Positions 51,825 to 64,000 of a stretch of 64,000 bases of DNA are shown in pieces. A program made the translations under genes and the position numbers. The notes under the pieces were generated by a model. That model did no database searches. It worked only from the letters and a program-made list of their open reading frames with translations, and was not told the DNA's origin. The stretch's first letter is position 1; each line of letters starts with the position of its first letter. The stretch comes from Hypanus sabinus (taxonomy: Eukaryota), in assembly GCF_030144855.1 (NCBI RefSeq), contig NC_082708.1, positions 102,114,001-102,178,000 of the forward strand, in the 5' to 3' direction.

Positions 51825-52555
51825 AAGCATAAAACTGCAGATGATGAAGTCAAATCAGAACAGAAAAATACTGGAAACAGGTCAAGCAAATTCCAATGCA
51901 AAAGAAACAAATTTTCAACTTGAAAACCCTTTGTTAGAACTGGAAAAGTGATAAAATGGGTTAAATGGTGGAGAAGGTGAGGGAAGGACTGGATAGGATA
52001 AAGGGACTGCTTCTGAAAGGGTGAGGAGAAGGTGGCTGTTGGGTTAGATTGTTTGGTGAAGCTATCTCATTTACAAGTTAAAGGGGACAGTTAGGAAGAA
52101 AGCATAAAAGAACATGCAAGAGCCAAGAAAAGAAGAGCATAGGAAATGTTCAGAGGGTCAGGCTGTGATAATAGAAAAAGAAAAGCTGAGTCGACCTTAT
52201 AATGGATGAACTACAGCTGAATTTCCCCATTCAGATACAAAGAGAAAATGCAATTCACCTGACATTACATTTGCTTTTAGCTTTGGAAGGCTGCACAATG
52301 CCCAGATGAAAGATGAGGCAATGATCCTCAAAGTGACAGTTAACCTCATTCAAAAAAACTCAGGAGGCAAAAAAGAGATACATCTAAGTGGGAGTGTTAA
52401 AGTGACAGACATTTGATAGCTCCAGGTTGCCCCTGTGGACTCCATGCAGGTTCTGTGCATAGCAGTCACTCAGCATTTAGTTTCTTCAATGTAGAGGAGA
52501 CTACCTGGTGAACATAAAATAGATGGAAGAATTAAAGTGAATTACCACTTCGTTG
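51825..52555 (-). mobile_element. Old degenerate Penelope-like fragment
   Basis: Reverse tail ctgcagatg...aaatactggaaacaggtcaagc, purine-rich spacer and GIY-YIG remnant (caatgtagaggagactac). Confidence 0.6.
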
Positions 52556-53569
52556 TTCAGATTGAATTGTGAAGAAAATGGTCATTTTGCCACCTCTATA
52601 ATAGTGATTGTATTAGTGTAAAAAGTAAGTTGGGCAATATAGCATTTTAACTTTTGTATATACCTTTAAGAACATGTGTACCATGCAATTCAGTATTGTC
52701 ATATTGATGTCTGCTATTAGCTGAATGTTGTTAGTCTAGTTACTTGCCTGACTGAATCACAATATAGAAAATAACCTCTAAATGCTACAGAAAGAAAAAA
52801 AAATCAAAGATTTTGATTTATATTGCATCTTTCAAGACCTCAAAACATTTTAGGGTACTTTATAAAAAAGTGTAATATTTTCTGAAGTGTCACATGTGTT
52901 TGCAATGTAGTACGTGTGCAATATAGTGGTGGCATTGTAATGACCTTTTTTGACTGATTTTGATGGGAGTTTTACTCATTAGATTGATGAACCTTGAATA
53001 ACAAGCCAGTTGTAAAAGCTTCAATAAATATTGAGGAGGAACTGAAGTTTAATGTTCTGATTTCTACCATCTAATTTTGAGGACTTTTTATTTTTTTGTT
53101 CATACATGGAATTGCTGACAAGAAAATTATTTAATTCCTATCTGTAATTGCCCTTGAGAGAACAATTGCATTCTTGGATGGCTATAGTCCTTGTCATGAA
53201 GACGTGCAAAATGTTAAGAAGAAAATTCCAGGACTTAACCACTGCAGAGCGGTGCAATGTTTAAAAGCAAGTTGACAATTATAATAGAGTTGTCTTCTAA
53301 TTGTACCCAGCCTGAGAAAGTAAGCTTTGTTGAAACATAACTAAATCAAAAGGGCCTATTTCATGAACTATAGTTGTGAAGCCAACAAGTTAACCTAAAT
53401 GTGGCAAGTTAAGCTAAATGTGTTCATAACAGGAAGGCAATTAACACTTCCTCTTGTTTGTAGCAAAAAAGGAAATCTGATCTTTCAATGAATCAGCAAT
53501 CATGAGACAGCGCACCCTGATGTTTTCCTGATCATTGCGGGGGACTTCAACCAAGCCAGCTTGAAGCAG

Positions 53570-56167
53570 TTTTGTGGACGTGTCAGCATGTTTTGAATAG
53601 GAGCTGCGGAGACGAAGAACCTCGCATTCGGATGGCTATGTTCGGGACTATCAGTGAATTTGTGGAGGGAGCCGAGGACTGGCTGGAGTATGAGGAAAAG
53701 TTGGGACACTTTTTCTGTGCTTCTGGAATTACTGAGGAGGCTAAGAAGCACTCTATTCTCCTGAGTGTGTGCGGGGCAAAGACATACAAGTTGATAAGAA
53801 ACTTAGCCACCCCATAGAAACCAAGAGAAATTCCACATGACGAACTGGTCAAGCTCATGGTGAACCAACACAATCCGAAACCTTCGGTGATAGTCCAATG
53901 GTTCAAGTTTCACAGCCGTGTCCGAAAGCCAGGTCAGTCTGTGGCTAATTTTGTGGCTGAGCTTCAGCAGCTATCAGAGCATTGCAATTTCGGAGCCGTG
54001 TTGGATGACATGCTCCGTGTTAGATTAGTATGTGGCATTAATAATGACACCGTACAACGCCGCTTGTTGGGGGAAACCCCACCATCGACTTTCAAGACAG
54101 CCCTAGAGTTTGCCCAAGGCATGGAGATGGCTGCTGATAATGCCAAGGATATACAGAAAGGACATGGGGGGTCGCAGTCAGCGGCAGTGCTTCAGGTCAG
54201 GAGGGAGATTGGTAAACAGGCAAAGCAGGTGGAATGCTTTCAGTGTGGAGGGGCATACTATGCAAATGTTTGCAAATTAAAAGATACTGTCAAAAAGGGA
54301 CATTTAGCTAAAAAGTGCAGGAGCATAAAGGGTAAGGTTAAGCCTGGGCGGGGTAAAGCTCAACAGGTTCAGGCAGCCACACACCACCTAGGGGAAGCAG
54401 ACGAGGAGGCAGCGTGTGCCTACAACATGTCTGGGGTGGAAGTGGATGAGGAGCCACCTGAACCATATCATGCCATATCATGCCACAGTCACTGTCGGGG
54501 GAAGGACATTAAGTTTGAGATTGATATGGTGGTTACTGCATCGGTCATTAGTGAGGAGACCTACAGGAGGACATGGGGGTCCAACCTGCCTCCCATCAGA
54601 CAGTCAAAGCTCAAACTCAAGACCTATATGGGGCAGCCCGTACCTCATTAGGGGTGTTATATGTGGATATTTCAGCCAGGGGTCAGAAGGCTGAAGCCAG
54701 GCTGGTGATAGCTAAGGGCAGTGGGCGCAGTCTTTTGGGCCGCAATTGGCTTTGCAAAATCCGGCTCAACTGGCATGAAATTAAGTATGCACGCACGACG
54801 GAGGACATTCTGCAGTGGTATAGTGACGTTTTCAGGGATGAGCTGGGCACACTGAAGGGTGTGACTGTGAAACTCCATGTTGACCCTGAGGCCACACCAC
54901 GTTTTTTAAGCCCAGGTCGGTGCCCTATGCCATGAATGGCAGCTGGTACGTTTACAGAGGCTGGGCATCATTGAGCCCGTACAGTTTTCAAGGTGGGCGG
55001 CTCCTATTGTTCCAGTTTTGAAGGTAGATAAAACGGTGAGGATATGCGGAGACTACAAGCTTACGGTGAATCAGGTCTCTAAGCTGGAGGAGTTCCCATT
55101 GCCACGGGTGGATGACCTGTTTGCGACCCTGTCAGGGGGTAAGCTGTTCACAAAGCTGGACATGAGCCACACCTACCAACAGCTGCTGCTTGATGAGGGT
55201 TCAAAGGAGTACGTCACCATCAATACGCACAAGGGTTTATTCAAATACAATCACCTGGTGTTTGGAGTGGCGTCTAGCCCCGCCATTTTCCAAACGACAA
55301 TGGACTCTTTGCTGCAGGGGATTCCGCACACAGCAGTGTATCTTGATGATATTTTGATCACGGGAGCCATGGAGGGGGAGCATCTGGTTAATTTAGAACA
55401 GGTGCTGAAGAGACTCTCAGACGCAAGGCTGTGATTGAAACACAGAAAAGTTGTGTTCCTGGCTCCAAGTGTGACCTACCTGGGACACCAGATTACAGCT
55501 GAGGGGCTCTGCCCAGTGGAGGACAAAGTGAGAGCTATCAAGGAGGCCCCAAGCCCCAAGAGTGTCTCTGAACTCAGATCGTTTTTGGGAATGGTGAATT
55601 ATTATGGCAAGTTTCTTCTGGACTGTATAAGCTGCTTCACAATGACACTAAGTGGTGGTGGGGTGAAGAGCAGGAGGAAGCTTTCAAGGAAGTGAAAGAA
55701 CTCCTGCACTCAGCAAAGCTGCTCGTTCACTATGACCCAGAGAAGGAGATCACCCTTTCACACAACGCTTCACCCTATGGAGTCGGGGCAGTTCTCTCAC
55801 ACGTAATGGAGGACCGTTCAGAGAAGCCTATTGTTTTTGCTTCACATACCCTGACGGTGGCTGAGAAGGAATATTCACAGCTAGACAAAGAAGATCTGGC
55901 TGTTGCTTTTGCAGTCAAATGCTTTCATCAGTATCTCTATGGACGTGCATTCACAATTTATACGGACCATAAACTACTGATGAGCCTTTTTAGTCAGACC
56001 ACATGCATCCCACTGCTAGCCTCAGCCAGGATACAACATTGGGCTCCCACATTGTCAGACTATCAGTATACTATGGTGTACAGAATGGGTGGGGATAATG
56101 CAAACGCTGATGCGCTGAGTCGACTACCTTTACCTGAGATGCCTGTTACTACATATGTGCCTCCAGA
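53570..56167 (+). mobile_element. Gypsy element, plus-strand part: gag-PR-RT-RNase H, no 5' LTR
   Basis: EDWLEYEEKL...LLSVCG, FKFHSRVRKPGQSVANFVAEL, VRICGDYK, YLDD, ASPYGVGAVL, TDHK, NANADALSRLP. Confidence 0.95.
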
Positions 56168-58062
56168 TGTGGTAACTTCTGCTTTACAAAAGGACCACTC
56201 GACAAGTTCATGGCCAAAAGATCATCTTTATCTGGGGTGGCAAATGATATCGACAGTACAAAGGCTTTCAGGTACCTCGTGCAGCATGGGTGGTGGAACT
56301 ATATACAATGCATACCGGAAATAAAACCCTGCTGACCCCAGAATCAGCCTCTTGTTACCAACAGCTTCCTGATTAGTATTAACTTGCTTTTAATAATAGT
56401 CACGTTACAACACTTCTCCCCCTTTAAATTCCAACATACCCCAAACATAGAAGAACTAGGAAATAAAAGCAGTGGTATTGTTAACAGGTTACCAATACAA
56501 AACACCTAAGAAGGTGGCAAATTCAACATTCAATCTAACAACTTAAAAAAAACTATCCAATGAAAGATTCAGTTTGTCAGGAGGTTTGCAAGGGTGCTGT
56601 CATCTACGCACTACCCCCGGTGACCCGGAAGGCACCACCGGTGAGGATGTTTCGGGTGGATCTGGTGTTGGGGGCAGGAGAAGGGTCAGTGTATCTGTGT
56701 GAGGATGCCCATCCTCTTCAGGGGACTCTGCACCCTCGGCCAGCATCTCTCCCTCAGGCAAAGTCACTGGTGGACACACTTCCCTAGTAGTCTGTCTTAC
56801 CATTGGGAACTCCACGGAACTGTCTACCTCTGAGCCGGAATCATGATGCAAGTGCACATGGTCCTGATGACTGCGGAAAACACGCCCATCAGTCAGCTTA
56901 ACACCATAGGAGACTGGACCACTCTGCTAAAGAATAACCCCAGGTAGCCATTGCTGATTATTGCTACTGCTGAAGTTTCTCTCATAGACAATTGTCATCC
57001 AGTTTTAACTGTTTCTCTAGTGCATGTTGATCATGTCCTCCTTCTGCTTTTCCTACTTTCTCTCCATTTTCGCCTTCATGTCCAGGCGCAGCAGGTCCAA
57101 TCTTGACTTAGGCCTACACCTCATCAGCATCTTTGCTGGAGTGTGTGCGGTTGTAGTTGGTGGTGTGAGGTGGTACTTAAACAGGAAACGTGAAAGTCGG
57201 GTACTAAGAGAGTCCCCTGTCATCCGCTTCAGGCCTTCCTTCACTGTCTGAACAGCCCGCTCAGCCAAACCATTTGAGGCTGGGTGGAAAGGGGCCGTCT
57301 GAATGTGACAAATGCCATTCTGCCCAATGAACTCACCGAACAGCTCACTGGTGAACATCGGGCCATTATCAGTGACCAGAGAGTCAGGCAATCCGTGGAC
57401 TGCAAACACTTGCCTGAGTTTGTCTATGGTTGAGGGGGCTGTGTTGTTGCTCATGATGTGAGTTTTGATCCATTTGGAGTGCACATCTACCATTACAAGA
57501 AACATCTGCCCCATAAAAGGGCCAGTAAAGTCCAAATGTAGCCTAGACCAGGGGTAGACTGGCCACTCCCATGGGTGCAAAGGAGCTGGTGGTGGCATCT
57601 TCTGATTGGTCTGACATTGCATTGCATGTTCTCCAGACCCTGATCCATTCTTGGCCACCAGATATAGGATCTTGCAAGGCTTTTCAATGGAGACACCCCT
57701 GGGTGAGTCTCATGAATTTCCTCCAAAATCTGTGAATGGCCAGGGGGAGGCATGATGACCCTCGCCCCCCAGAAAATGCAGCCATCCTGCAAACTCTATT
57801 CCATCTTGTGTTTGGCATAAGGCCTCAGTTCCTCTCCTTCCATGACTCTGGGCCAACCTTGTAAAAGGAAAGTCTTGACTTGAGACAGGACTGGGTCCCT
57901 CTCTGTCCATTGCTTGATCTGGGTCACCTTTACTGGTGTCTCTGACAGCCTGTCCAATGAAAACACTGTCTCTGGAGGCACATGTGTAGTAAACAGGCAT
58001 CTCAGGTAAAGGGAGTCGACTTAGTGCATCGGCGTTTGCATTATCCCCACCCACTATGTACA
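56168..58062 (-). mobile_element. Gypsy element, inverted part: end of RNase H, integrase, PPT (56413-56427) and complete LTR (56168-56412)
   Basis: HETHPGV...ARSYIWWP, PWSRLHLDF.GP, VTDNGPMF, HPASNGLAERAVQTVK. Minus-strand aaagggggagaag|TGTTGTAAC...GTTACCACA. Confidence 0.95.
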
Positions 58063-58396
58063 TGCACTTAACCACTGTTTTACCACCATCAAGAATGTTT
58101 ATCATCCTATCCCACGCCTACATTTTTGCAAGTCTGATCACCTGGCTGTACTTCTACTCCTGGTGCACACACAGAGAATGAGGACCATAAAGGTATAGTC
58201 AAGGGAGCGCAAGAGTGCTTACAGGACTATTGTGAATCAGTGGAATTGATAATATTCGGGGACTCATCTTCAAATTTGAATGAATTTGCTGCAGTTTTCA
58301 CAAACTTCATCGAGACATTTAAGGATGAATTTGTGCCTTTGAGAACATCCTAGACATACCCAACAAGATGCCATGGGTGACCTGTGAGATTTATAG

Positions 58397-59207
58397 TGTT
58401 ACGAACACCATAACTGGGTCACTTACCAGCAAAGATAGAGAGGTCCGTTGAAGTCTGATGGTACTATTTTTAACAGTATTTATTGATAAAAATACACAAA
58501 ATAATATCAATGCAAACATACAGATAATCTATGTCATCAATACTAAATCTAAAAGCGTGGGTATAATAATAATCGATAAGGAATAGCTCTAATGTTGTCT
58601 AGGGGATAATGTATTATCCAATGGAAATATAAAAGTCACTCAAGTTCATTCAAGCTGCAGCTTTTTGGTTGGAGAGAGAGACGGAGGTTTAACTTGCCCG
58701 TTCCTTTTATGATGTCAATCCTTCGAGAGCCGTCGGGGACTGGTTTCCCCTTTGTTGTTAGCTAAAGCCATACTCCCGTGGTACAGGCCCACCAATTTCG
58801 AGGCAAATGGAAAAGGACGCACGTGGGCTTTTCCACCGGCTTTCGTTATTACGCTGTTACAGGAGTTCTAGCATTGCTTCTGGTGCGTCTGAAGGGGTTG
58901 TTCCCCAGACCCACTTTTATCCTGACTCACAGGGTCTCAGATGTCAATCAGGTTGGGAGGATGCAATCCCTCCACCAACCCCCCTCGGTTCATTGCCTGG
59001 GGGCTTCGATGAATCATACAGTATTCAATACCCAATTCCATCTCCAAGAGACAATAGCCATTATCAACGGCTCCGCCTTTCGGAGGCCAAGACACATTCC
59101 AAACTCTTTGTGGATTCTGCATGTCTTTCTCTCATTTCCTGGGTCTCCTGACCTGACTTAATAGTGATCTTGCGATTCTCAAAAAGGAGGGGGCCACGGG
59201 CGTAACA
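58397..59207 (-). mobile_element. Solo LTR (811 bp)
   Basis: Terminal inverted TGTTACG...CGTAACA; 4-bp TSD atag/acag; AATAAA on minus near 58480; interrupts the Rex1-like LINE. Confidence 0.85.
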
Positions 59208-62002
59208 ACAGTCTGCCAAGGACTAGATCTTGACATACAAGACTGGTGATCCAGAACTCTGCAAGAAGTCCAGCTATGATCAATGGAAGGATTTCTAAAG
59301 AATAAAAGAGCAATTTTTAGTAATGTTTGAATAAGAAATGGATGCAAGTTGGCTCTGGCAGGGATGGCAGGCCATTATTTCCTAAAAGGCGAAGCTTAAA
59401 ATCATGAATGGTTGTGATGCTTCACTCCCTGATGAGCTCAATGCCTTTTTAGGTACACTTTGAAAGGGAGGATAAAACTAAACCTGTGTGAATCCCTGCA
59501 GCATTGGACACCAAGTGATATCTGTTGCAGAGGCTGATATCAGAACATTTCAAGAGGGAGATTCCTCACTAGGCATCTGGCTCGATGGTGCATGTGTCAG
59601 GGTACTAAAAACCTGTGTCAACCAACTGGTGGGAGTGTTGAAGGACATCTTAAATCTCTCATTCTTACAATCAGAGATTCCCACCTACTTCAAAAGGGCA
59701 CCTATCATGCCAGTGCCCAAGAAGAGCAGGGACAGCTGCTCCAATGACTAATGCCCAGTTGCACTTACATCTACTGCGATGAAATGCTTTGCAAGGTTGG
59801 TCATGACCAGAATCAATGCCTGCCTCAGCATGGACATGGACCTGCTGTAATTTATATCTGACCGCTATAGTTCTGCAGTGGATGCAATCTCATTGACTCT
59901 CCACTTGACCTTGGACCATCTGGATGACAGCAATACCTACATCAGGTTGCTGTTCATTGACTACAGCTCAGAGTTCGAACATAATCATCCCCTCAATACT
60001 AATCAACAAGCTTCAAAACCTGGGCTTCTGTACCTCCCTCTGCAACTGGGTATATGACTTCCTCATTGAAAGACCACAGTCAATGTGGACTGGAAATAAC
60101 ATCTTCTCTTTGCTGACAATCAACATTCTAACTCTTTGCATCACCACTTGGTATGGAAGAGCCACTGCATGGGATTGGAAAAAAAGCTGCAGAGGATTGT
60201 AAGCTCAGCAATCTCCATCATGGGCTTCCCCAACATTGAGGACATCTTCAAAAGATGGTGCCTCAAGAAGACACCATCTATTATTAAGGAACCTCACCAC
60301 CCAGAATATGGTCTCTTCTCATTACTACCATCAGATAGGAGGTACAGAGGCTGAAGGCACAGACTCAAAGCGTCAGGAACAGTTTCTACCCCTCCACCAT
60401 CAGATTTCTGAAAGGACAACATTACCTCACTGTTTTTGCTGTCATTTTGAACTACTTATTTAAATATATACAGTATATATTTCTTATTGAAAGTTATAGC
60501 TTTTATGCATTGCACTGTAATGCTGCCACAAAACTAAAAAATTTCACACCATTTGTCAGTGATAATAACCCCTGATTCTGATTCAATGTGATTGACAGAT
60601 GCATGTGAAATTAGCAATGGAGTGCAGTCTTTCTTGTAAGTGAGCCTGCTTGACATCTCCTCAGACTGATGTTAGGGCCCTTGAGTTCCAAACTAGCTAC
60701 CTTTTCTTTACATCGAGTCGCTAATGGAAAACAGACATGAAACTCATTGTTTTACTAATATTTCAGTGACTTTGGTTCATTAATATTTGAAAACATTTGT
60801 ATTTGTAATATACTGTTTTATATCATAGAAGTGTTATTTCTTCATCATTGACCTTGAATTCTGCAGGGATGCAATGACAAAAGAACAAGAATTACCAAGT
60901 CATGTGTGTTGGGAGGGGGTAGTACTATTCCCATATATTTCCTGTAATTGTCCTAGATGGTAGAGTTTAGTTTTAGGAGGCTGTTGATGAAACCTTGGGA
61001 AGCTGAGTGTTTTTATTTAGTATAGAGGTTACCTATTGTGTCATAAGGATATTCCTGTTGGAGGGACTGAATATCAAAATTGTTGGATAAGATGCCAGTA
61101 AGGTGTATTGTTTTGTATTAGAAAATAATAAGTTTCTTTAATTTTGTTAGAACAACAACCATTCAGATGCGTAGAATATTCCATTATATTATGATTGATT
61201 TCTTTAGGATGATAGATACATTTTGGGATGTCAGGGGTGAGTTATTCAGCACAGGAAGTCTCAGTATCTAATCTACTTTAGTTTTTACATGTCTGTCCAG
61301 TTACATTTCTGTTCAGTAATACCTCTGAGATATCAATGGAGGTCTACATTGAATATCACAGCAATCCGATTAGATCCTTTCTTATCATGGCAGGCATATT
61401 TTAGATATGAAATTGTTTGCTACTTATCAGCCCAAAACTGGTTTCCAAATTGCACTGCATGCGCACATTGCACACAGACTGCTTTGTAACTGATGCGCTT
61501 GCAGATGAAATTATGACTTTTGCAGTTATCAGCAAACATTCTAACCTCTGACCTTCTGATTGAATAAGTTTGTTAATCAGCTGGCAGAAGGTGGATGGGC
61601 TGACAAAAACAACATCTCCAATGAAATTTGGTCACGGGTGACAGGACTTTAGCAGACACTATCAGTCTCAGGACACTGTGTGACTCCAGAGGGTGGAATG
61701 TTTTCCCCTTGATTGCCACTTGTTTCAGTTATCCTAAGGTTTTCAGATTTCTTCAGGACAGGAACAGTCCCATCAGCCTACTGGGACATGCCAATGAAAA
61801 TGCTCCATCTAAAGCTAGTCCCATTTTCTAGCATTTGGCAAGTACCCTTCATAATCGTTCCAACCACCAGCCTGTTCAACTGTCTTCCAAAAGTTGTTAT
61901 TGTACCTGACTCAATCACTTCATCAGTCCTCGTACATACCATCCATTATAGAAAATAGTTGACCCAGAAGTTCCCATTAAATCCTTCCCCTCTCACCTTA
62001 AA

Positions 62003-63040
62003 CTATGTTATTCCCTATTCTCAGTTCTGTTACCTCTGCTGCATCTATTTCCAGGTTGTTCCTTTCATTTTCATGTCATCTGAGATGTCCTCCTTTTTCC
62101 CTCGCTCTACTATTGATGCTGTCCTCACCCACACCTCCTCCATTTCTGAAATATCCACACTCAGCCCATTTTCCCACCACCTTAAAAGGAATAGAGTTCT
62201 CTTGGTCTTTCTTACCACCCCATGAGCATCCTCGCCCAGCATATCATTGTCTGCAATTTCCACCATCTCCAAAGGGATCATACCACTAAACATATCTTTA
62301 CACCCTGACTCTCTGCATTTCACAGGGATCATTGCCTTCGTGATTCCCTTGTCCATTTGTCCCACCCCACTAATTGCCCTCCTGGTACTTATCCCTGCAA
62401 GCAGCCGAAATGCTCCACCTGCCCATTCACCTCCTCCCTCACCTCAGTTCAGGGCTCAGTTCTTCCAGGTGAGGCAACACTGCACTTGTGGATCTGTTGG
62501 AGTCGTTTATTGTGTCCGGTGCTAATGATGTGGCTTCCTCTACATTGGTGAGACATGGCGTAAATTGTGGACTGCTTCGATGAGCACCTCCACTCCATCC
62601 ACCAAATGCAGAACTGCTTGGTGGCCAAACATTTTAATTCCCATTCAAACATATCAGTCCATGGACTCCTCTTGTGCCACGATGAAGCTGCTCTTAGGGT
62701 GGAGCAGCAACACCTTATATTCCTACTCTGCCTTCAACCTGATGCCATGAATATCAATTTTTCCTTCTGGTACCTGCCTATCTCCTCTGCATGAGTCTCC
62801 TGCTCCTTCCCTTTCTCCTATGGTCCACTCTCCTTTCCTTTCACATTCCCTCCTCCCAGCCCTTTACCTTTCCTACACACATAGCTTCAGCTATCCCCTT
62901 CCGCTCCCCCCTCTTATTCTGACATCTATCCCCGTCCTTTCCAGTCCTGAAGAAGGGTCTTGGCCCTAAACGTCAACTGTTTATTCATTTTCACTGATGC
63001 TGTCTGACCTGCTGAGTTCCTTAAGCATTTTTTGTGTGTT
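62003..63040 (+). mobile_element. Penelope-like 3' fragment (linker, GIY-YIG, pLTR with hammerhead motif)
   Basis: PGTYPCKQPKCSTCPF, VVYCVRC, VAKHFNSH...EQQHLIF; cagtcctgaagaagggtcttggccctaaacgtcaactg at 62942-62979. Confidence 0.9.
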
Positions 63041-63091
63041 GGTTTGCTCTCTGGTTTTGATGCCTGAACTTTGAGAAAATGCTTCTCATGA

Positions 63092-64000
63092 TTTTTTTTC
63101 TTTTTCAATCTTTTTATTATTATTAATATCAACAAAATAAAATTGATACATAGAAAATGGGATTACAAACATACACATTTCAACTGAACATGAAAGAATA
63201 CATAAGCAATGGTTACAGTGTAAATGAGTTTTCCCAAATCATGGATGATACAAGTAACAAATAAACAAGGCAAACCTAGGTATATCAAAATATATGTTAA
63301 AAAAAACAGAAAAAATAAAAAAAATTGCAAAAAAAACTAATCTAATAATCTAATAACTAATAAGGAAAAAAAAAACAAAAAAGGAAAAAGGAGAAAAAGA
63401 ATAAATGAAAAAAAGGGCTGTTTATAATATCTCACAAAAATACAAAATCGTCAGTGTCGTCAACTCCGATCCTCTCAACATATATAAAATCGAAACTGGA
63501 AAAACAAATAGGCTTGGAACAGGGTCATATTACATCATATGAAAATATTGAATAAATGGTCTCCATATCTTTTCAAATTTAATAGAAGTATCAAATACAA
63601 CACTTCTAATTTTTTCTAAATTTAGACATAACATAGTTTGAGAAAACCAATGAAATACGGTAGGAGGATTAATTTCTTTCCAATTCAACAAAATAGATCT
63701 TCTAGCCATTAATGTAAGAAATGCAATCATTCAACAAGCAGAAGAGGATAAATGGAGTGAGTCCATCATTGGTAAACCAAAAATTGCAGTAATAGGATGA
63801 GGTTGTAAATCAATGTTCAATACCCTAGAAATAATATCAAAAATGTCTTTCCAATATTTTTTCAAAAGTGGACTCGACCAGAACATTTGAGTTAAAGACG
63901 CTATCTCAGAATGACATCTGTCACAAATAGGATTTGTATAGGAATTAAAATGAGCCAATTTATCCTTGGACATATGAGCCCTATGCACAACCTTAAACTG
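63092..64000 (-). mobile_element. L1/Tx1-clade LINE 3' end (runs off the window)
   Basis: ORFs 63731..63988 (CDRCHSEIASLTQMFWS) and 63530..63730 (ARRSILLNWK...LEKIR); A-rich tail on minus at ~63092-63120. Confidence 0.9.

Larger units (their letters stand above)
53491..60581 (+). mobile_element. Rex1/Babar-like LINE hosting two nested LTR-class insertions (LINE parts 53491-53566, 58063-58396, 59208-60581)
   Basis: HETAHPDVFLIIAGDFNQASLK resumes after the insertion as LNHCFTTIKN...KSDHLAVLLL. RT-region VLKTCVNQLVGV. Tail aataacccctgattctga. Possible TSD ttcaatg (53484-53490 / 60582-60588). Confidence 0.85.

Noticed and set aside
1-64000. CRISPR arrays, rRNA/tRNA genes, prokaryotic operons, env or other viral cargo genes
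   Set aside because: No repeat-spacer arrays or structural RNA genes were seen; tRNA similarity is limited to short PBS motifs; no extra ORF was seen between integrase and the 3' LTRs.

Overview
Eukaryotic, AT-rich, repeat-dense vertebrate DNA. The repeat repertoire (Neptune-type Penelope-like elements, CR1, Rex1/Babar, RTE, L1/Tx1 and Gypsy LTR elements) suggests a cartilaginous fish; that is an inference, not a database result. No intact host protein-coding gene is recognisable, only a few isolated, unidentified exon candidates. Most supplied ORFs are fragments or antisense shadows of decayed retroelements. Best-supported elements: a complete two-LTR Gypsy provirus (27272-31467; ATAC TSD, tRNA-Trp PBS), a long Penelope copy (35743-38604; TAAACT TSD), two long CR1 copies and several nested insertions. 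The most interesting signals are structural fossils of unusual retrotransposition events. (1) A Gypsy cDNA whose 3' LTR end is joined precisely, in inverted orientation, into its own pol, with no outer LTRs, inside a LINE; this fits single-end autointegration followed by capture. (2) An L1-like element with twin-priming 5' inversion and a 13-bp TSD. (3) Two different LINE 3' ends head-to-head inside one 10-bp TSD. (4) At least eight degenerate minimal hammerhead-ribozyme motifs in Penelope terminal repeats. All alignments and counts were made by eye, and boundaries without a TSD are approximate.
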